Source of the DNA: Opitutales bacterium
GTDB lineage: Bacteria > Verrucomicrobiota > Verrucomicrobiia > Opitutales > UBA2987
DNA: 64,000 nucleotides
Direction of reading: 5' to 3'
NCBI GenBank assembly: GCA_965226885.1
Contig: CBDDEL010000014.1
Coordinates: forward strand, 1 to 64,000
Position 1 is the first letter of the stretch. Each line of letters begins with the position of its first letter. The notes beneath the pieces were generated by a model. That model did not search any database, had not been told where the DNA came from, and was given only the letters and a program-made list of their open reading frames with translations. Both the position numbers and the translations under genes were made by a program. This document shows positions 13,052 to 24,238 of this stretch, piece by piece.

Positions 13052-14101
13052 CTATTTTCCAGCCATCAGCCAGCATTTGACGGCATGTCCAGGCTCAACC
13101 TGCACCAGTGGAGGTTCCTCCCGGCATTGCGGCATGGCGTGTGGACAGCGCGCATAAAAAGAACAGCCGACAATCTTTTCCAGCGGATCGGGAACCGAAC
13201 CTTTTATGGGAACCAGCCTTGTTTTGCGGCCAATGCGCGGAATGGAATCGATCAAGCCCACGGTGTAAGGGTGTTGCGGCGTTTTTAAAATCGTTCGCGT
13301 GTCTGCATATTCCACAATTTTGCCCAAATACATGACAGCGACAACATCGGCCATTCTCGCCACTACCCCCAAATCATGGGTAATCAGCATAATCGACATG
13401 CCGATTTCCTCTTGCAAAGATTTCATCAAATCCAGAATCTGGGCTTGCACGGTGACATCGAGCGCCGTGGTCGGCTCGTCCGCAATAAGTAAGGAAGGGT
13501 TGCAGGACATAGCCATGGCAATCATGGCCCGTTGCCGCATTCCGCCGCTCAACTCGTGGGGGTAGCTGGTTGCCTGGCGTTCAGGCTGGGGCAGTTGCAC
13601 TTTACGCAAAGCCTCCACGGTGCGCTCCCGGGTTTCCCTGCGGTTTACTTTCTGGTGTAATTTTATGGCCTCGCCAATCTGATTTCCGATCGTGTGAACG
13701 GGGCTCAGGGAAGTCATCGGTTCCTGGAATATCATGGCGATTTCATTACCCCGAATGCTTCTGATTTTGGCTCCTTTGGGATTGAGATCGGCCAAATCCA
13801 GAGGAGTCTTTTTATTTTTGCGGTAAAAAAGAATCTTTCCATCCTCAATTTTACCAGGCGGAGTTGGAATCAACCGCATAACGGAAAACGCCATGATACT
13901 CTTGCCGCAACCGCTTTCACCGACCACCCCCAATGTTTGCCGGTGGCCCATTTCCAAAGAAACTCCATCCACGGCGCGAACGACTCCATCGTCCGTATAA
14001 AAATAGGTCTTCAGGTTTTCTATTTTCAGCAGCGGATCTTCAACGCCGGTTTTTATGGTATCAATATTCTCGGTAATATTATCTGATTGAAGTGCGCACA
14101 T
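13052..14101 (-). CDS. Peptide ABC transporter ATP-binding subunit (OppD/DppD-like)
   Basis: [24 protein letters not shown]. Confidence 0.93.
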   Translation of the reverse strand: MCALQSDNITENIDTIKTGVEDPLLKIENLKTYFYTDDGVVRAVDGVSLEMGHRQTLGVVGESGCGKSIMAFSVMRLIPTPPGKIEDGKILFYRKNKKTPLDLADLNPKGAKIRSIRGNEIAMIFQEPMTSLSPVHTIGNQIGEAIKLHQKVNRRETRERTVEALRKVQLPQPERQATSYPHELSGGMRQRAMIAMAMSCNPSLLIADEPTTALDVTVQAQILDLMKSLQEEIGMSIMLITHDLGVVARMADVVAVMYLGKIVEYADTRTILKTPQHPYTVGLIDSIPRIGRKTRLVPIKGSVPDPLEKIVGCSFYARCPHAMPQCREEPPLVQVEPGHAVKCWLMAGK

Positions 14102-14357
14102 CGAATAATGAAAACTGAAAAACGGTTCGACCCCAGGAGAACTTTTCCCAAGGTAAAATTACTCGTATGAAGATCGATACTACAAGTCAACCTCCATTAC
14201 AATTGAGGCCACAATGGCAAAATACGGAAAAATTGAAAGATTGCGCGTTGATAGTAAAATAATATTCCTAGAAGCGTCTCCCGGAATTGATTTTCAGGCA
14301 AATTAATGTTGTATTTCATAATTCAATTTCCACATGAACTAAAAACTAATTCAAAAA

Positions 14358-15110
14358 ATGATTCTAAGAAATCCCTACAAAGCCGAAAAACTGGATGTTG
14401 CCGGTTTAAACGAAATTACAGTCCTTATCGACCGAAGTGAAACCGCCTTGACGGAAATTGGCATGAACAAATGGAGGATCGGGTTGGAAGGCCCGCCCCA
14501 CGCCCACGACCAAAAAGAGCAAATGTTCTACGTCACCTCTGGGATCGGTTCCATCATTATCGGATCGGAGAAATACCAGGTTAAGCCCGGTCATCTTCTC
14601 TACATTCCGGCCGGGGTGAAGCATCAAAGCCTGGTTGGTTCAGAGGAACCGCTCGTCTATTTACTTTTCAACGCGTTTACGGATTCGCGCAAAGAAGGCC
14701 ATTCTTCGTTTGCCGACCACATCGATAAAGTAAAAATGGACCGCAAGGCCCAAGCCGAAGGCGTTTATGAGGAAAAAAGCAACGGCACCTCAACCCTATC
14801 CCTCAAAAAAGGCAAATGGGTGTCCGACATAGATTCAATTTCACCCATCATCCAGAGGGAAGATACCGACCGGTGCGGAGCGCTCATTTTCGAGCAGGAA
14901 GCAGATGCCAAATCCGAAACGTTTAATTTCAGCGATAGAGAACAGTCGATATTCATCTTGTCCGGCTCCGGCCAGATTACCGCCGGAGATGAATCCAAGA
15001 AATTGACACAGGGAGATCTTGTTTTTATCCCGGCCGGGCAAGGCTACCATTTCCAGACAGACAATGAAGGCCTTAAATGCCTTTGCCTCGACACTTTTCT
15101 GGACGGGTAA
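14358..15110 (+). CDS. Two-domain cupin protein
   Basis: PPHAHDQKEQMFYV...IPAGVKH and a second degenerate cupin (EQSIFILSG...IPAGQGY). Confidence 0.8.
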   Translation: MILRNPYKAEKLDVAGLNEITVLIDRSETALTEIGMNKWRIGLEGPPHAHDQKEQMFYVTSGIGSIIIGSEKYQVKPGHLLYIPAGVKHQSLVGSEEPLVYLLFNAFTDSRKEGHSSFADHIDKVKMDRKAQAEGVYEEKSNGTSTLSLKKGKWVSDIDSISPIIQREDTDRCGALIFEQEADAKSETFNFSDREQSIFILSGSGQITAGDESKKLTQGDLVFIPAGQGYHFQTDNEGLKCLCLDTFLDG

Positions 15111-16020
15111 ATTTTTTGAGGAACTGCAGGATTTCCTGAAAAGATCCCCCCACATTGGGGTCCGAGGCCATTTTTATTTCAAAGCCATGCACTCCGTCAG
15201 GAATGGAAATCATTTTATGGATGACACCGTGCCGGCTTAATTCTTCTGCCAAATCCACCGCCAGTTGAAATGGCACGTTGGTGTCTGCCTCGCCATGCAC
15301 AAGCAGGGTTGGTGGATAATCGGGAGAAATATTGTAGAGCGGACAAATGGATTTGAACCGGTTGGAATCTTTTGCTGGATCGATCCCGCAAACTCCTTCC
15401 GCCCAAGTTCCAGTGCGCCGTAAATATTTTCGAATCCGGGCGCGTTCCGCGCCGCATCCCACACTTGATGTAATGGCGGTCGTTCGCATCAATTTTTTTA
15501 TTTCGGCCAACGTAGGCTCAGCGTCATCATCTTCATAGTAAAACGGCACTCGCGTCCATCCGCCGAGGACGTCTCCGTAGCCGGATACCGACACTATCGC
15601 TTTGGGTTTTGGACTAGCCCGATAACCGCAATGCAAGGCCAAAAACCCACCCGCCGAATAACCGACAACAGCAATATTGCCGGGATCGGCCTGGAAAAGT
15701 TCGGGCCCTTTGGTGGCGATCCAGTTGTAGGCATCAACCGCGTCCTGGCATATTTCCGGCAAAGTTGTTTCCGGAGCGAGCCGGTAATCAATCGAAACAA
15801 CCGTATAGCCATCCTTCAGAAAACCGCGTAGGTGATCTTCTCGGGTAGTGGAAAATTTTTCACGTGAACCGGAGATAAAACTGCCGCCATGAATCCAGAG
15901 AATAACGGGAGCGGAACCTTCGGATTCTACAGACCTGAAGACATCGGCGCAAATCCGGCAATCGTCCGTAATTTTGTATTCAAAAACTTCCGCCTGCAAG
16001 CCTTTGCCTGTCCTCATCAT
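15073..16020 (-). CDS. Alpha/beta hydrolase (HSL/esterase-like)
   Basis: HGGSF, DYRLAPE, GYSAGG nucleophile elbow, HGEAD, HGF. Confidence 0.9.
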   Translation of the reverse strand: MMRTGKGLQAEVFEYKITDDCRICADVFRSVESEGSAPVILWIHGGSFISGSREKFSTTREDHLRGFLKDGYTVVSIDYRLAPETTLPEICQDAVDAYNWIATKGPELFQADPGNIAVVGYSAGGFLALHCGYRASPKPKAIVSVSGYGDVLGGWTRVPFYYEDDDAEPTLAEIKKLMRTTAITSSVGCGAERARIRKYLRRTGTWAEGVCGIDPAKDSNRFKSICPLYNISPDYPPTLLVHGEADTNVPFQLAVDLAEELSRHGVIHKMISIPDGVHGFEIKMASDPNVGGSFQEILQFLKKFTRPEKCRGKGI

Positions 16021-16030
16021 ATTTTAAAAA

Positions 16031-17569
16031 CTATTTGGCGATTTTTCTGAAAACTAAATTATCGAGGTCGTCGGGGCGGTGGCCGCCAAAAATTATACTA
16101 ACGGTATATCCAACCCCAAATACAACCACATGCCCCAAAACCCCTATGAGGATTGGGTTCATGTTAAAATTGAATGCGCCCAGATCCAATATTCGAAAAT
16201 TCGGTCCCGTAAGAACCCCCCAGGCGGTAAAAAGCAAACAGGATGCGATTCCGCAATAAGCGCCCAGCCGGGTAGCCCGGCGGGTTAAAAATCCGAGCAA
16301 AAACAAACCCAAAGTTCCCGCCGAAAGAATCACCGCTATGATGACGGCCCGCTCTAGTATTGTGGCAGAACCTTTTTCCGGGATGAGAAGTATGGCCACC
16401 AGGCTGGCCAGAGTCCCCCCCACCAACACCATGGATCGACCGAAAATTAATCGCGTCCGGTCGGAGGATTTTGGCAAAAACGGTGCCATGTAATCTGTCG
16501 TAATAACAGTCGCCACACTATTCAGATCTCCACTCACGGTTGACATGGCGGCGGCCAAAATGGCGGCCAGGATCAATCCCACAACGCCGGTGGGCAGAAA
16601 ATTAACAATAAAGTGCGGCATGATATTATCGCCGATTTCAGGAGCCGTATGGCCGGTCAGGCTGTAAAAACCGAAAAGACAGGCTCCAATAAACATAAAA
16701 ATAACAAAAATCGGTAAGCAGGAAGCGGCTCCCCACATGGTTCCCAAAAAAGCTTCCCGATCGGATTTGGCAATCAGGTAACGCTGAACCATGTGCTGAT
16801 CTGTGACATAACGCCGGCTCCAGTTTAGGGTAAAAGCCAACATGTAAATCCAGACCGTTGTCACCTCCACATCATAGAGACTTTGCCAGGACAAATCGAA
16901 GGAACCCAGGGTGAATTTTCCGCCCCGTATGGCCTCGCCGATAACCGCCCCTGGCGGTCCTGCTTCGGGAGCAAAAACCAGACGCAAAACAATCAGCAGA
17001 GCGCCCCCAATGAGAATGATTCCCTGAACCACATCTGTCCAAACAACAGCTTCGATGCCCCCAATCGCCGTGTAAACCATGGTGAAAACCCCTACCCCGA
17101 TAATTACCGCCCTTAAGTCCCAGCCGGTCATCACATTGATGGCGATTGCCGTGGTCAGCAAAGTAATTCCCAGGTCAAAAGTGCGATCGGCCAGAAATCC
17201 GAACGAAGTGTAAAGCCGCCCCCCGAACCCGAACCGTTTGCCGATATACTCGTAGGCGCTCATTTTGATAACCCTTCGGTAAAAAGGCACGATAAAAAAA
17301 GCCACGAGGATGAACACCAGCGGCAGGGTCATGATGCCGGCAAGAAAAATCATGCCTTTCTGAAAAACCGTCCCCGGATGCCCCACCACCGTACCGCTGC
17401 CGATGAGAGTGCCCATCAAGGTGAAGGCGACCGCCCAGGCCGGAATCTTCCGATCCGCAATAAAAAACTTGCTCGTCGATTGTTGGTTGCGGGACACGTA
17501 AAGGCCAATGGCCGCAATAACTACGAGGTAAATCAGTACAACGATATAATCTAAAGCATGAAGAGTCAT
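16031..17569 (-). CDS. Sodium:solute symporter (SSS)
   Basis: GGIEAVVWTDVVQ, DQHMVQRYL, AAAMSTVSGDLNS; many TM helices. Confidence 0.93.
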   Translation of the reverse strand: MTLHALDYIVVLIYLVVIAAIGLYVSRNQQSTSKFFIADRKIPAWAVAFTLMGTLIGSGTVVGHPGTVFQKGMIFLAGIMTLPLVFILVAFFIVPFYRRVIKMSAYEYIGKRFGFGGRLYTSFGFLADRTFDLGITLLTTAIAINVMTGWDLRAVIIGVGVFTMVYTAIGGIEAVVWTDVVQGIILIGGALLIVLRLVFAPEAGPPGAVIGEAIRGGKFTLGSFDLSWQSLYDVEVTTVWIYMLAFTLNWSRRYVTDQHMVQRYLIAKSDREAFLGTMWGAASCLPIFVIFMFIGACLFGFYSLTGHTAPEIGDNIMPHFIVNFLPTGVVGLILAAILAAAMSTVSGDLNSVATVITTDYMAPFLPKSSDRTRLIFGRSMVLVGGTLASLVAILLIPEKGSATILERAVIIAVILSAGTLGLFLLGFLTRRATRLGAYCGIASCLLFTAWGVLTGPNFRILDLGAFNFNMNPILIGVLGHVVVFGVGYTVSIIFGGHRPDDLDNLVFRKIAK

Positions 17570-17668
17570 AGATAATTAATTTAGATTGGGGTTGGGGAGA
17601 TTTTTGATGTTTTTAATTTTGAAATGGTTTCAGCGCCGTTTTTATGAAATCGTTAAATTTTCCAGAGG

Positions 17669-19057
17669 ATGATGACGAACCAACGCATGACGGCAAATGA
17701 TTTAAACAAAAAAACAAAATCCAACATTGTTTTTGTCATGGTGGACGACATGGGAATCCACCAACTGGGTTGCTGCGGCAACTCCTTTTATGAAACTCCA
17801 AATCTGGACCATTTGGCCGCGCAAGGGATACTTTTCAGCAATTCCTATGGCTCCGGACCGGTTTGTTCGCCTTCCCGCGCCAGCGTCATGACTGGCAAAT
17901 ATCCGGCCCGGCTGCATTTGACAAATTTCATTCCCGGTTCCGAGCCCGACAACCCGAAATTGCTCACGCCCAATTGGCGAAAATTTCTATCCCAGGAGGA
18001 AACCACCATTGGCAATGCCTTCCAAAACAACGGTTATGTGACGGGGCATTTCGGCAAATGGCACCTGGCCAAGGATTACAACCACCGCCCCGGCAGGCTC
18101 CTCGATCCAGAATCGCAGGGGTTCGAGTTTGTGACCACTTCCGTTAAACCCAAACCGGACGCCGATCCGCTGGCAGACGCCCACAAGACCGAAAAAATCA
18201 CGGACTGGGCGATTGCATTCCTGGAAGCCCAAAAAGATAAAGAATTTCTCTGTTTTATAGAATACAATACAATCCACCGCCCGGAAATGGAGCATCCCGA
18301 TTTGATCGCCAAATATGCGGCCAAAGCCAATGCCGATGACGATAAAAACCGACCCGTGCTCGGCGCCATGGTGGAAACATTGGACCGCAATATAGGCCGG
18401 CTGTTGAAAACCCTGGACGATCTCGGCTTGACGGAAAACACCTTGGTGGTTTTCACATCCGATCATGGAATGTGGGGCCAGACCAATTCCCTCAAGCCGC
18501 TCCGGGGCGCCAAGGGCGACCTTTATGAAGGCGGCATCCGGGTTCCTTTAATCATTCAATGGCTTGGCCGGGTTCACGCAGGAACGATTTGCCAAACACC
18601 GGTCTGCGGTATCGATTTTCTGCCCACTTTACTTGAAGCAATCGGCGCAAAAACAAACGATCCGGCAGTGGACGGCGTCAGTCTCTTGCCACTATTGAAA
18701 CAGAGCGGCCCAATAAGCCGCGATGCCCTTTATTGGCATTATCCGCACTATCACCACCAAGGCATTGCCCCCTGCGGAGCGATTCGAGAGGGGTATTTCA
18801 AACTAATCGAATGGTTCGATAAAAGTATAATCGATGGCCCCGAATCCGATGGCGCGCTGGAACTGTTCGATTTGGCTAATGATATCGGAGAGCAACAAAA
18901 TTTGTTTGAGGAAAAAAAGGAACTGGGAATGAGGCTTTATGCAAAGCTGAAGGCCTGGCGGCATTCGGTGGAGGCTCAGGAAATGACCGTAAATCCAGAT
19001 TATGAGCCAGGCAAAGAAGTAGAAAAAGCCGAACCTCCGGAGGCAGACAAGCCGTAG
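17669..19057 (+). CDS. Cys-type sulfatase (family S1)
   Basis: VDDMG, CSPSRAS (CxPxR), GKWHL, SDHG, YEGGIRVP. Confidence 0.95.
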   Translation: MMTNQRMTANDLNKKTKSNIVFVMVDDMGIHQLGCCGNSFYETPNLDHLAAQGILFSNSYGSGPVCSPSRASVMTGKYPARLHLTNFIPGSEPDNPKLLTPNWRKFLSQEETTIGNAFQNNGYVTGHFGKWHLAKDYNHRPGRLLDPESQGFEFVTTSVKPKPDADPLADAHKTEKITDWAIAFLEAQKDKEFLCFIEYNTIHRPEMEHPDLIAKYAAKANADDDKNRPVLGAMVETLDRNIGRLLKTLDDLGLTENTLVVFTSDHGMWGQTNSLKPLRGAKGDLYEGGIRVPLIIQWLGRVHAGTICQTPVCGIDFLPTLLEAIGAKTNDPAVDGVSLLPLLKQSGPISRDALYWHYPHYHHQGIAPCGAIREGYFKLIEWFDKSIIDGPESDGALELFDLANDIGEQQNLFEEKKELGMRLYAKLKAWRHSVEAQEMTVNPDYEPGKEVEKAEPPEADKP

Positions 19058-19216
19058 AATTTATGACGGGCGCGATTCGGCGTCGGGAAGCCGCAAATTC
19101 CCTTGGAACAAGCCCACCTGCCCTTCTACACTCACCTTACCTTTAATCCCCTCTGCTTTATCGATGATTCCCAATCGCGGGAAAGAGCCTTCGATTCATT
19201 CGTTTATTGGAGGTTC

Positions 19217-20182
19217 TTACTCGACAAGAATTTTGTGGCTTTTTGAATCGGGATTAGTGTAGGAGCCGCGGAATTTTTCGCCGGTTGAGACGGGTTCGGG
19301 GTCCATGGCTTCCTGCGGTATCCTAGCGATGACTTCGAGGACGATCGGTACGGCGTGTTTGGAGATTCGCTGCACGCTGTTTTGCATGTCGACATAGCGA
19401 AATGGGCGCACGCCGACTGCCGGATTGGAGATGGAGCAGATCGCCGCAAAGCGAATACCGAGCTGTCGGGCATAGGTTGTGGCAGTTGCGATATTCTCAC
19501 TACAGAGGTCGCCACCGAGGATTCGCATGGCGCGGACCTCCGCGGCGGTCTCGAACCGATCTGGGTTGTGCTGCACAAAGACGCCTTGTTCGTAGAGCTT
19601 GCCAGTGTAGCCCTCCTGGGCTTTTCGGGCCTCCGAGATGAGAAGTTTGCGCAGGGACGGACTAAAGGGTTGGGAATAGTTCTGAAAAACACCCGGTCGC
19701 TCGATTCCAGAATAATCCAGAATGTTGTGGGGGCGGGTATTTTCCATATCCATAAAATCGTCCACGATGACGAGGTCGTCATAATCGTAGTCGGTCCGAA
19801 TTCCTCCTGAGCTGGCTCCACCGATGACGTGGGTGATGCCAAGGTCGTAAAGGGCAACCCAGCAGCGGATGTGTCCCATGGCTTCGATTTCGCCTTCTTT
19901 TTTTGCCTCAAAACCATACATGCGGATATAATAGAAAGGTGCCCCCTTGTAACGCATTCGGTAGATCGGGGGGCTCGTTCCAACCCTGGTCTCAATTGTA
20001 AAGACCCCTTCCTCCTCGACCAAACCTATTCCAAACGTTGTCTGATCGCCAAAGGTTGTTCCACCTACCACAGCAATGAACACCTTTTCGTCGTCGCTAG
20101 CCTCTTCAGCATCAGCGTAGAACTGGATAGAAAACAGAATTGAGACGAACAATAAACCGAGATTTCTCATATGTGCATTCAT
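19217..20182 (-). CDS. MTAP/purine nucleoside phosphorylase-family protein with signal-like N-terminus
   Basis: IAVVGGT, RFETAAEVRAMRILGGD, AAICSISNPAVG; hydrophobic N-terminus ending ADA-EE. Confidence 0.8.
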   Translation of the reverse strand: MNAHMRNLGLLFVSILFSIQFYADAEEASDDEKVFIAVVGGTTFGDQTTFGIGLVEEEGVFTIETRVGTSPPIYRMRYKGAPFYYIRMYGFEAKKEGEIEAMGHIRCWVALYDLGITHVIGGASSGGIRTDYDYDDLVIVDDFMDMENTRPHNILDYSGIERPGVFQNYSQPFSPSLRKLLISEARKAQEGYTGKLYEQGVFVQHNPDRFETAAEVRAMRILGGDLCSENIATATTYARQLGIRFAAICSISNPAVGVRPFRYVDMQNSVQRISKHAVPIVLEVIARIPQEAMDPEPVSTGEKFRGSYTNPDSKSHKILVE

Positions 20183-20219
20183 AATCGTTGATAATAGCTA
20201 CTTTCTAATAATTCGATCC

Positions 20220-20248
20220 AATTTATTGCTTTCAAGGTGATTTGGCAA
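20220..20248 (-). promoter_or_regulatory. Putative sigma-70 promoter of the MTAP-like gene
   Basis: TTGCCA-17 nt-TAAATT on minus strand; same spacing in the paralogous copy at 29160-29188. Confidence 0.55.
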
Positions 20249-20564
20249 ATGATTTTGGTATCTGCGGTCAATTAGTACCCCATCCGCCCTTTCTGAACAG
20301 ATCAGGCAACAGGAAGCAGAACTTCAAAAAGCTGATAATCCAGACGAATCAGGAGATGTAAACGAGGTATATTGGCGTCAGGTTCATCCCACCAAGCAAG
20401 ATCGCTGAAATTGCCATTGCCTGGCCGCAGATGCTCATTGCCAGTTCCTTCGCCCAGCGGGGCTCCTGCAAAGAGTGCTTTCTGGCTTAAATGGTTATTG
20501 CATTTTTACCGGATAGGTATATTGTGTAATTTCTATTTGGGCTAACAATTGAATAAAGTTATCT

Positions 20565-20942
20565 ATGAACAGACCCATAAGTTATTCGGCAGGGGAAGTG
20601 CTTATCAACGAAGGAGCTAGTGATAGCCGACTTTTTATCTTGGAAAGCGGAATCCTAGAAATCCGAAAAGGGGATAAGGTGATATGTGAGATTGATGCTC
20701 CCAACCGCATTGTGGGGGAAATTGGCTTGGTTCTGGAGGAGCGACGCTCATGCAGTGTGATTGCGAAAACGGATTGCAACCTGCTGCTGGTCGGCAACAG
20801 CATAAACGAAATCATCGACACAAGTCCCAGACTGACAAAAATGATCATGCAGGAGTTGGCCGAACGGCTGGTCAAAACGACCAGCAATTTTGCCAATGCC
20901 ATTGATGCGCTTCTGCAAAAGGGCATCGACCTGAACGCCTAG
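20565..20942 (+). CDS. Stand-alone cyclic-nucleotide-binding domain protein
   Basis: GEVLINEG, ILESGILEI, GEIGLV...RRSCSVIA; no HTH. Confidence 0.85.
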   Translation: MNRPISYSAGEVLINEGASDSRLFILESGILEIRKGDKVICEIDAPNRIVGEIGLVLEERRSCSVIAKTDCNLLLVGNSINEIIDTSPRLTKMIMQELAERLVKTTSNFANAIDALLQKGIDLNA

Positions 20943-21319
20943 TGGTCAACCGCAAACTATGCTGGTGAGATTCGCACACGCTACGCTGCGCCTTTAGGCA
21001 TTCGGGTATGGGTTCTTGTTCCTACGGGTAAAGGTGTTATCTTCACTGCAGGCCAAAGCCTCAGCCAATCTTTTTAAGCGGGCAAAAGCTCGGGTTTGTT
21101 CATTTTCCAGGCGGCAGCGCCAGCCAACAGGGTCATCAATACGATGACACCCCATTCATTTAGGGTGGGGATGACGTCCATGGTCGTCCCAGCTGTGATG
21201 GGGGCACCGGGCGTGTCTTCCCAAGCCCAGTCAACGATTTCGATCGATGTGCTGCCTGCCGCAAGGATTACCTGGATCCAGCCGAAATGCTCGCCTGTTC
21301 CATTCGTAAAACGGACGCC

Positions 21320-23885
21320 TGAAATGGACGGGGAAAACTGGACAGTGGAATAAGGTGGTCTTGAACCACTAAATCCGCTAACCTATGAATGTTATTAAAT
21401 CACGAAAGAGAAGACAATACAGTGCTGAGTTTAAAGCCCGAGTGGCCCTGGAAGCCATCAGGGGCGCTCATACCATCAACGAGATCGCCGGTCGTTTTGA
21501 GGTGCATCCCAACCAGGTGACCCAATGGAAGAAGCAGCTTTTGCAGGGAGCAACGGAGCTGTTTTCGCGCCAGCGGCAGACTCTCAGCAAGGACAACGAG
21601 ACGGAAAAAGATCACCTTTACCAGGAGATTGGAAAGCTGAAAGTAGAATGCGATTGGCTAAAAAAAAAGTCTGAACAATTCGGTTGGTGAGAGGCGCAAG
21701 ATGGTGCAACCACTTCAAGGAAAAATCAGTATCGGCAGGCAATGTCAGTTGCTGGGGCTGGCCCGCGGCAGCTATTACTATCGGGCCCGTGCCCAGTGCG
21801 AGCAGAACGTTCTCTACATGCATCGCATGGATGAGCTCTACACCCAATATCCGTTTTTTGGTTCTCGCCGGATGACCCAGTGGCTGCGTCGAGAGGGCCA
21901 TGCAGTGGGACGAGGCCGCATCCAGCGGCTCATGCGCCAAATGGGCCTGGAGGCTATTTATCCGCGTCGAAACTTGAGCCAGGGGCACCGGCAGCACCGC
22001 ATTTTCCCTTATCTGCTGCGGGGTTTGGCGGTCGAGCGGCCCGACCAGGTATGGTGCAGCGACATCACTTACCTGCGGCTGAGCCGAGGATTCCTTTTCT
22101 TGACCGTGGTGTTGGACTGGTTCAGCCGCTACGTGTTGAGCTGGCAGCTTTCCAACACCCTGGAGAGCCGCTTCTGTGTGCTCGCCCTGGAGGAAGCTCT
22201 GAGGCGGGCCCAACCTCAAATCTTCAACACCGATCAAGGCAGCCAGTTTACCGGCAGCGAGTTCACCTCGGTGCTGGGGCAAGCCGGGGTGCGCATCAGC
22301 ATGGACGGGCGTGGCCGCTACCTGGACAACATATTTGTTGAACGCTTTTGGAGAACCCTCAAGTATGAAGACATTTACCTGCGCGAATACGCCACGGCAA
22401 AGGAAGCCAGCGAAGGGATAGCCCGCTACCTGGACTTCTACATGATGTGCACTGGAAAAAGTGGACACGAGATTCTCCTAAATGGAGAATCGAAGCATGG
22501 GAAGAAGACGCAGTATAGAGTTCAAAAATGAGGCAGTTCAACTGATGATACTCGATGGTCTGAGCGCCACCGAGGTATCGACCAAACTTGGGGTCAACAC
22601 CAACCAATTGTATAGGTGGAAGAGGCTCTATCTGGACGATCAGCAGGGCGAAGCCACCTCAAAGCGACAGAGCAGTCCGAAGGAGATGGCGGCCGAGATA
22701 GATCGTCTTCGCAAAGAGCTGCGCCGCTCGGAGCGGATCAACCAGATACTAAAAAAAACGGTGGGCTACTTTGCCAAGGACGAACAATGAAGTACCAGTT
22801 TGTCAAAGACAACGAGGGGCGCTTCAAGATCGAGGAAATATGCTCGGCGATGGGGATTTGTCGCAGTGGCTATTACTGCTGGAGGCCCCGAGCGCCCTCG
22901 GCCCGGCGGATCGAGGACGAGGGAATCAAGGGGGCGATCCTGAAGGTACACAAAGAGGCCAAGGGCCGCTATGGGCATCGGCCAATGCACCGCCATCTGA
23001 AGGATGATGAGGGCATCGATTGCGGCCGTGACCGGGCTCTGCGTCTGATGCGTGAAATGGGAATCAAAAGCACCCAGAGTAAACGCTTTAAGCCATTAAA
23101 AACCAACAGTAACCATCCCTATGGTTACAGCCCCAATGTGCTTAAAAAGCATGGCCAGCCGACCCATATCGACGAGGTCTGGGTGGCGGACACGACCTAC
23201 CTACGGACCCTGGCCGGTTGGATGTACTTGGCCACGGTGATGGACCTGTTCAGCCGACGCCTGCTGGGCTGGAGCGTTTCCAACCACAACGACGCGAAGC
23301 TGGTTGGCAAGGCCCTCAAAGCCGCGGCCATGACCCGCGGCACACTGCGCACCGGGATTATTCATCACAGCGATCGGGGCAGCCCCTACGCCAGCGACGA
23401 CTATCAGAGGCTGGTCTCTGAACTAGGCATGAAGCCGAGCATGAGCGCCCAAGGCAACTGCTACGACAACGCGGCCATGGAATCGTTCTACGGCCGCTTC
23501 AAGACCAGCACGATTCGAGGCCGCCACTTTGCCGACGAGCGCGAACTGCGATCAACTGTCTTCGAATACGTGGAAATCTTCTACAACCGATATCGCAAAC
23601 ATTCCTCTCTGAGTTACCAAAGCCCAGTCCAATTCGAGGAAAATATTTGCCCCCCATGGGGGGCAACGAGAAAACAAAACCCTTTACCAAAACAAGCCGC
23701 CTGACACACTAATCAATAAACAATGAATATAAGAGAATCCCGTGTCCAACAAATCCAGTACACGTCAGCGGGCACCTGCGTGCCCGTCTTTGGCTAAGGA
23801 CAAAATATATTTTTAAAAAATAATATGAACACGATTTCCACCTTAATCCCACGTCAAAATTGTCCAAACAACCCCGTCCACTTCA
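21320..23885 (+). mobile_element. IS3-family element A, copy 1 (interrupted by element B; 92 bp lost)
   Basis: IRs TGAAATGGACGGGG / CCCCGTCCACTTCA; orfA 21385-21690, orfB from about 21701 truncated at 22442; no target duplication. Confidence 0.93.
22443..23767 (+). mobile_element. IS3-family element B, copy 1, nested in element A
   Basis: IRs TGATGTGCACTGGA / TCCAGTACACGTCA; orfA 22482-22790; orfB to 23704 with WVADTTY, HHSDRGS, DNAAMESF. Confidence 0.93.
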
Positions 23886-24238
23886 CTGATCGTATTTAAT
23901 TACGCCCGCAGACTCAGAAGGATTACCCACGATAAAGGCGGAGAAGCCATCATCGGGGACGTATTTATGGACTATAACGAAGTCAGCAGTGTCATCACCG
24001 TCCAAATCGATTAACCTGTACGAAGTATCAGATCCTTCCGTCGTGGCCGTTAACATAAGGTTATTCTGCAAGCCGCTGTATTGTATGGCGGCTTCAGCCG
24101 CAGGGGCGACAGCCAAAGCAGCCCCACCAGCCGCGGCACTGGCGAGGGCTAGATTGCCGGTTCGGGCCGGTCCTCTCCCCGCTGCAAGCGCCGATGCCCG
24201 GTAGGCATCCAGCTTGTCCTTTAAATCAATGATTTTCT

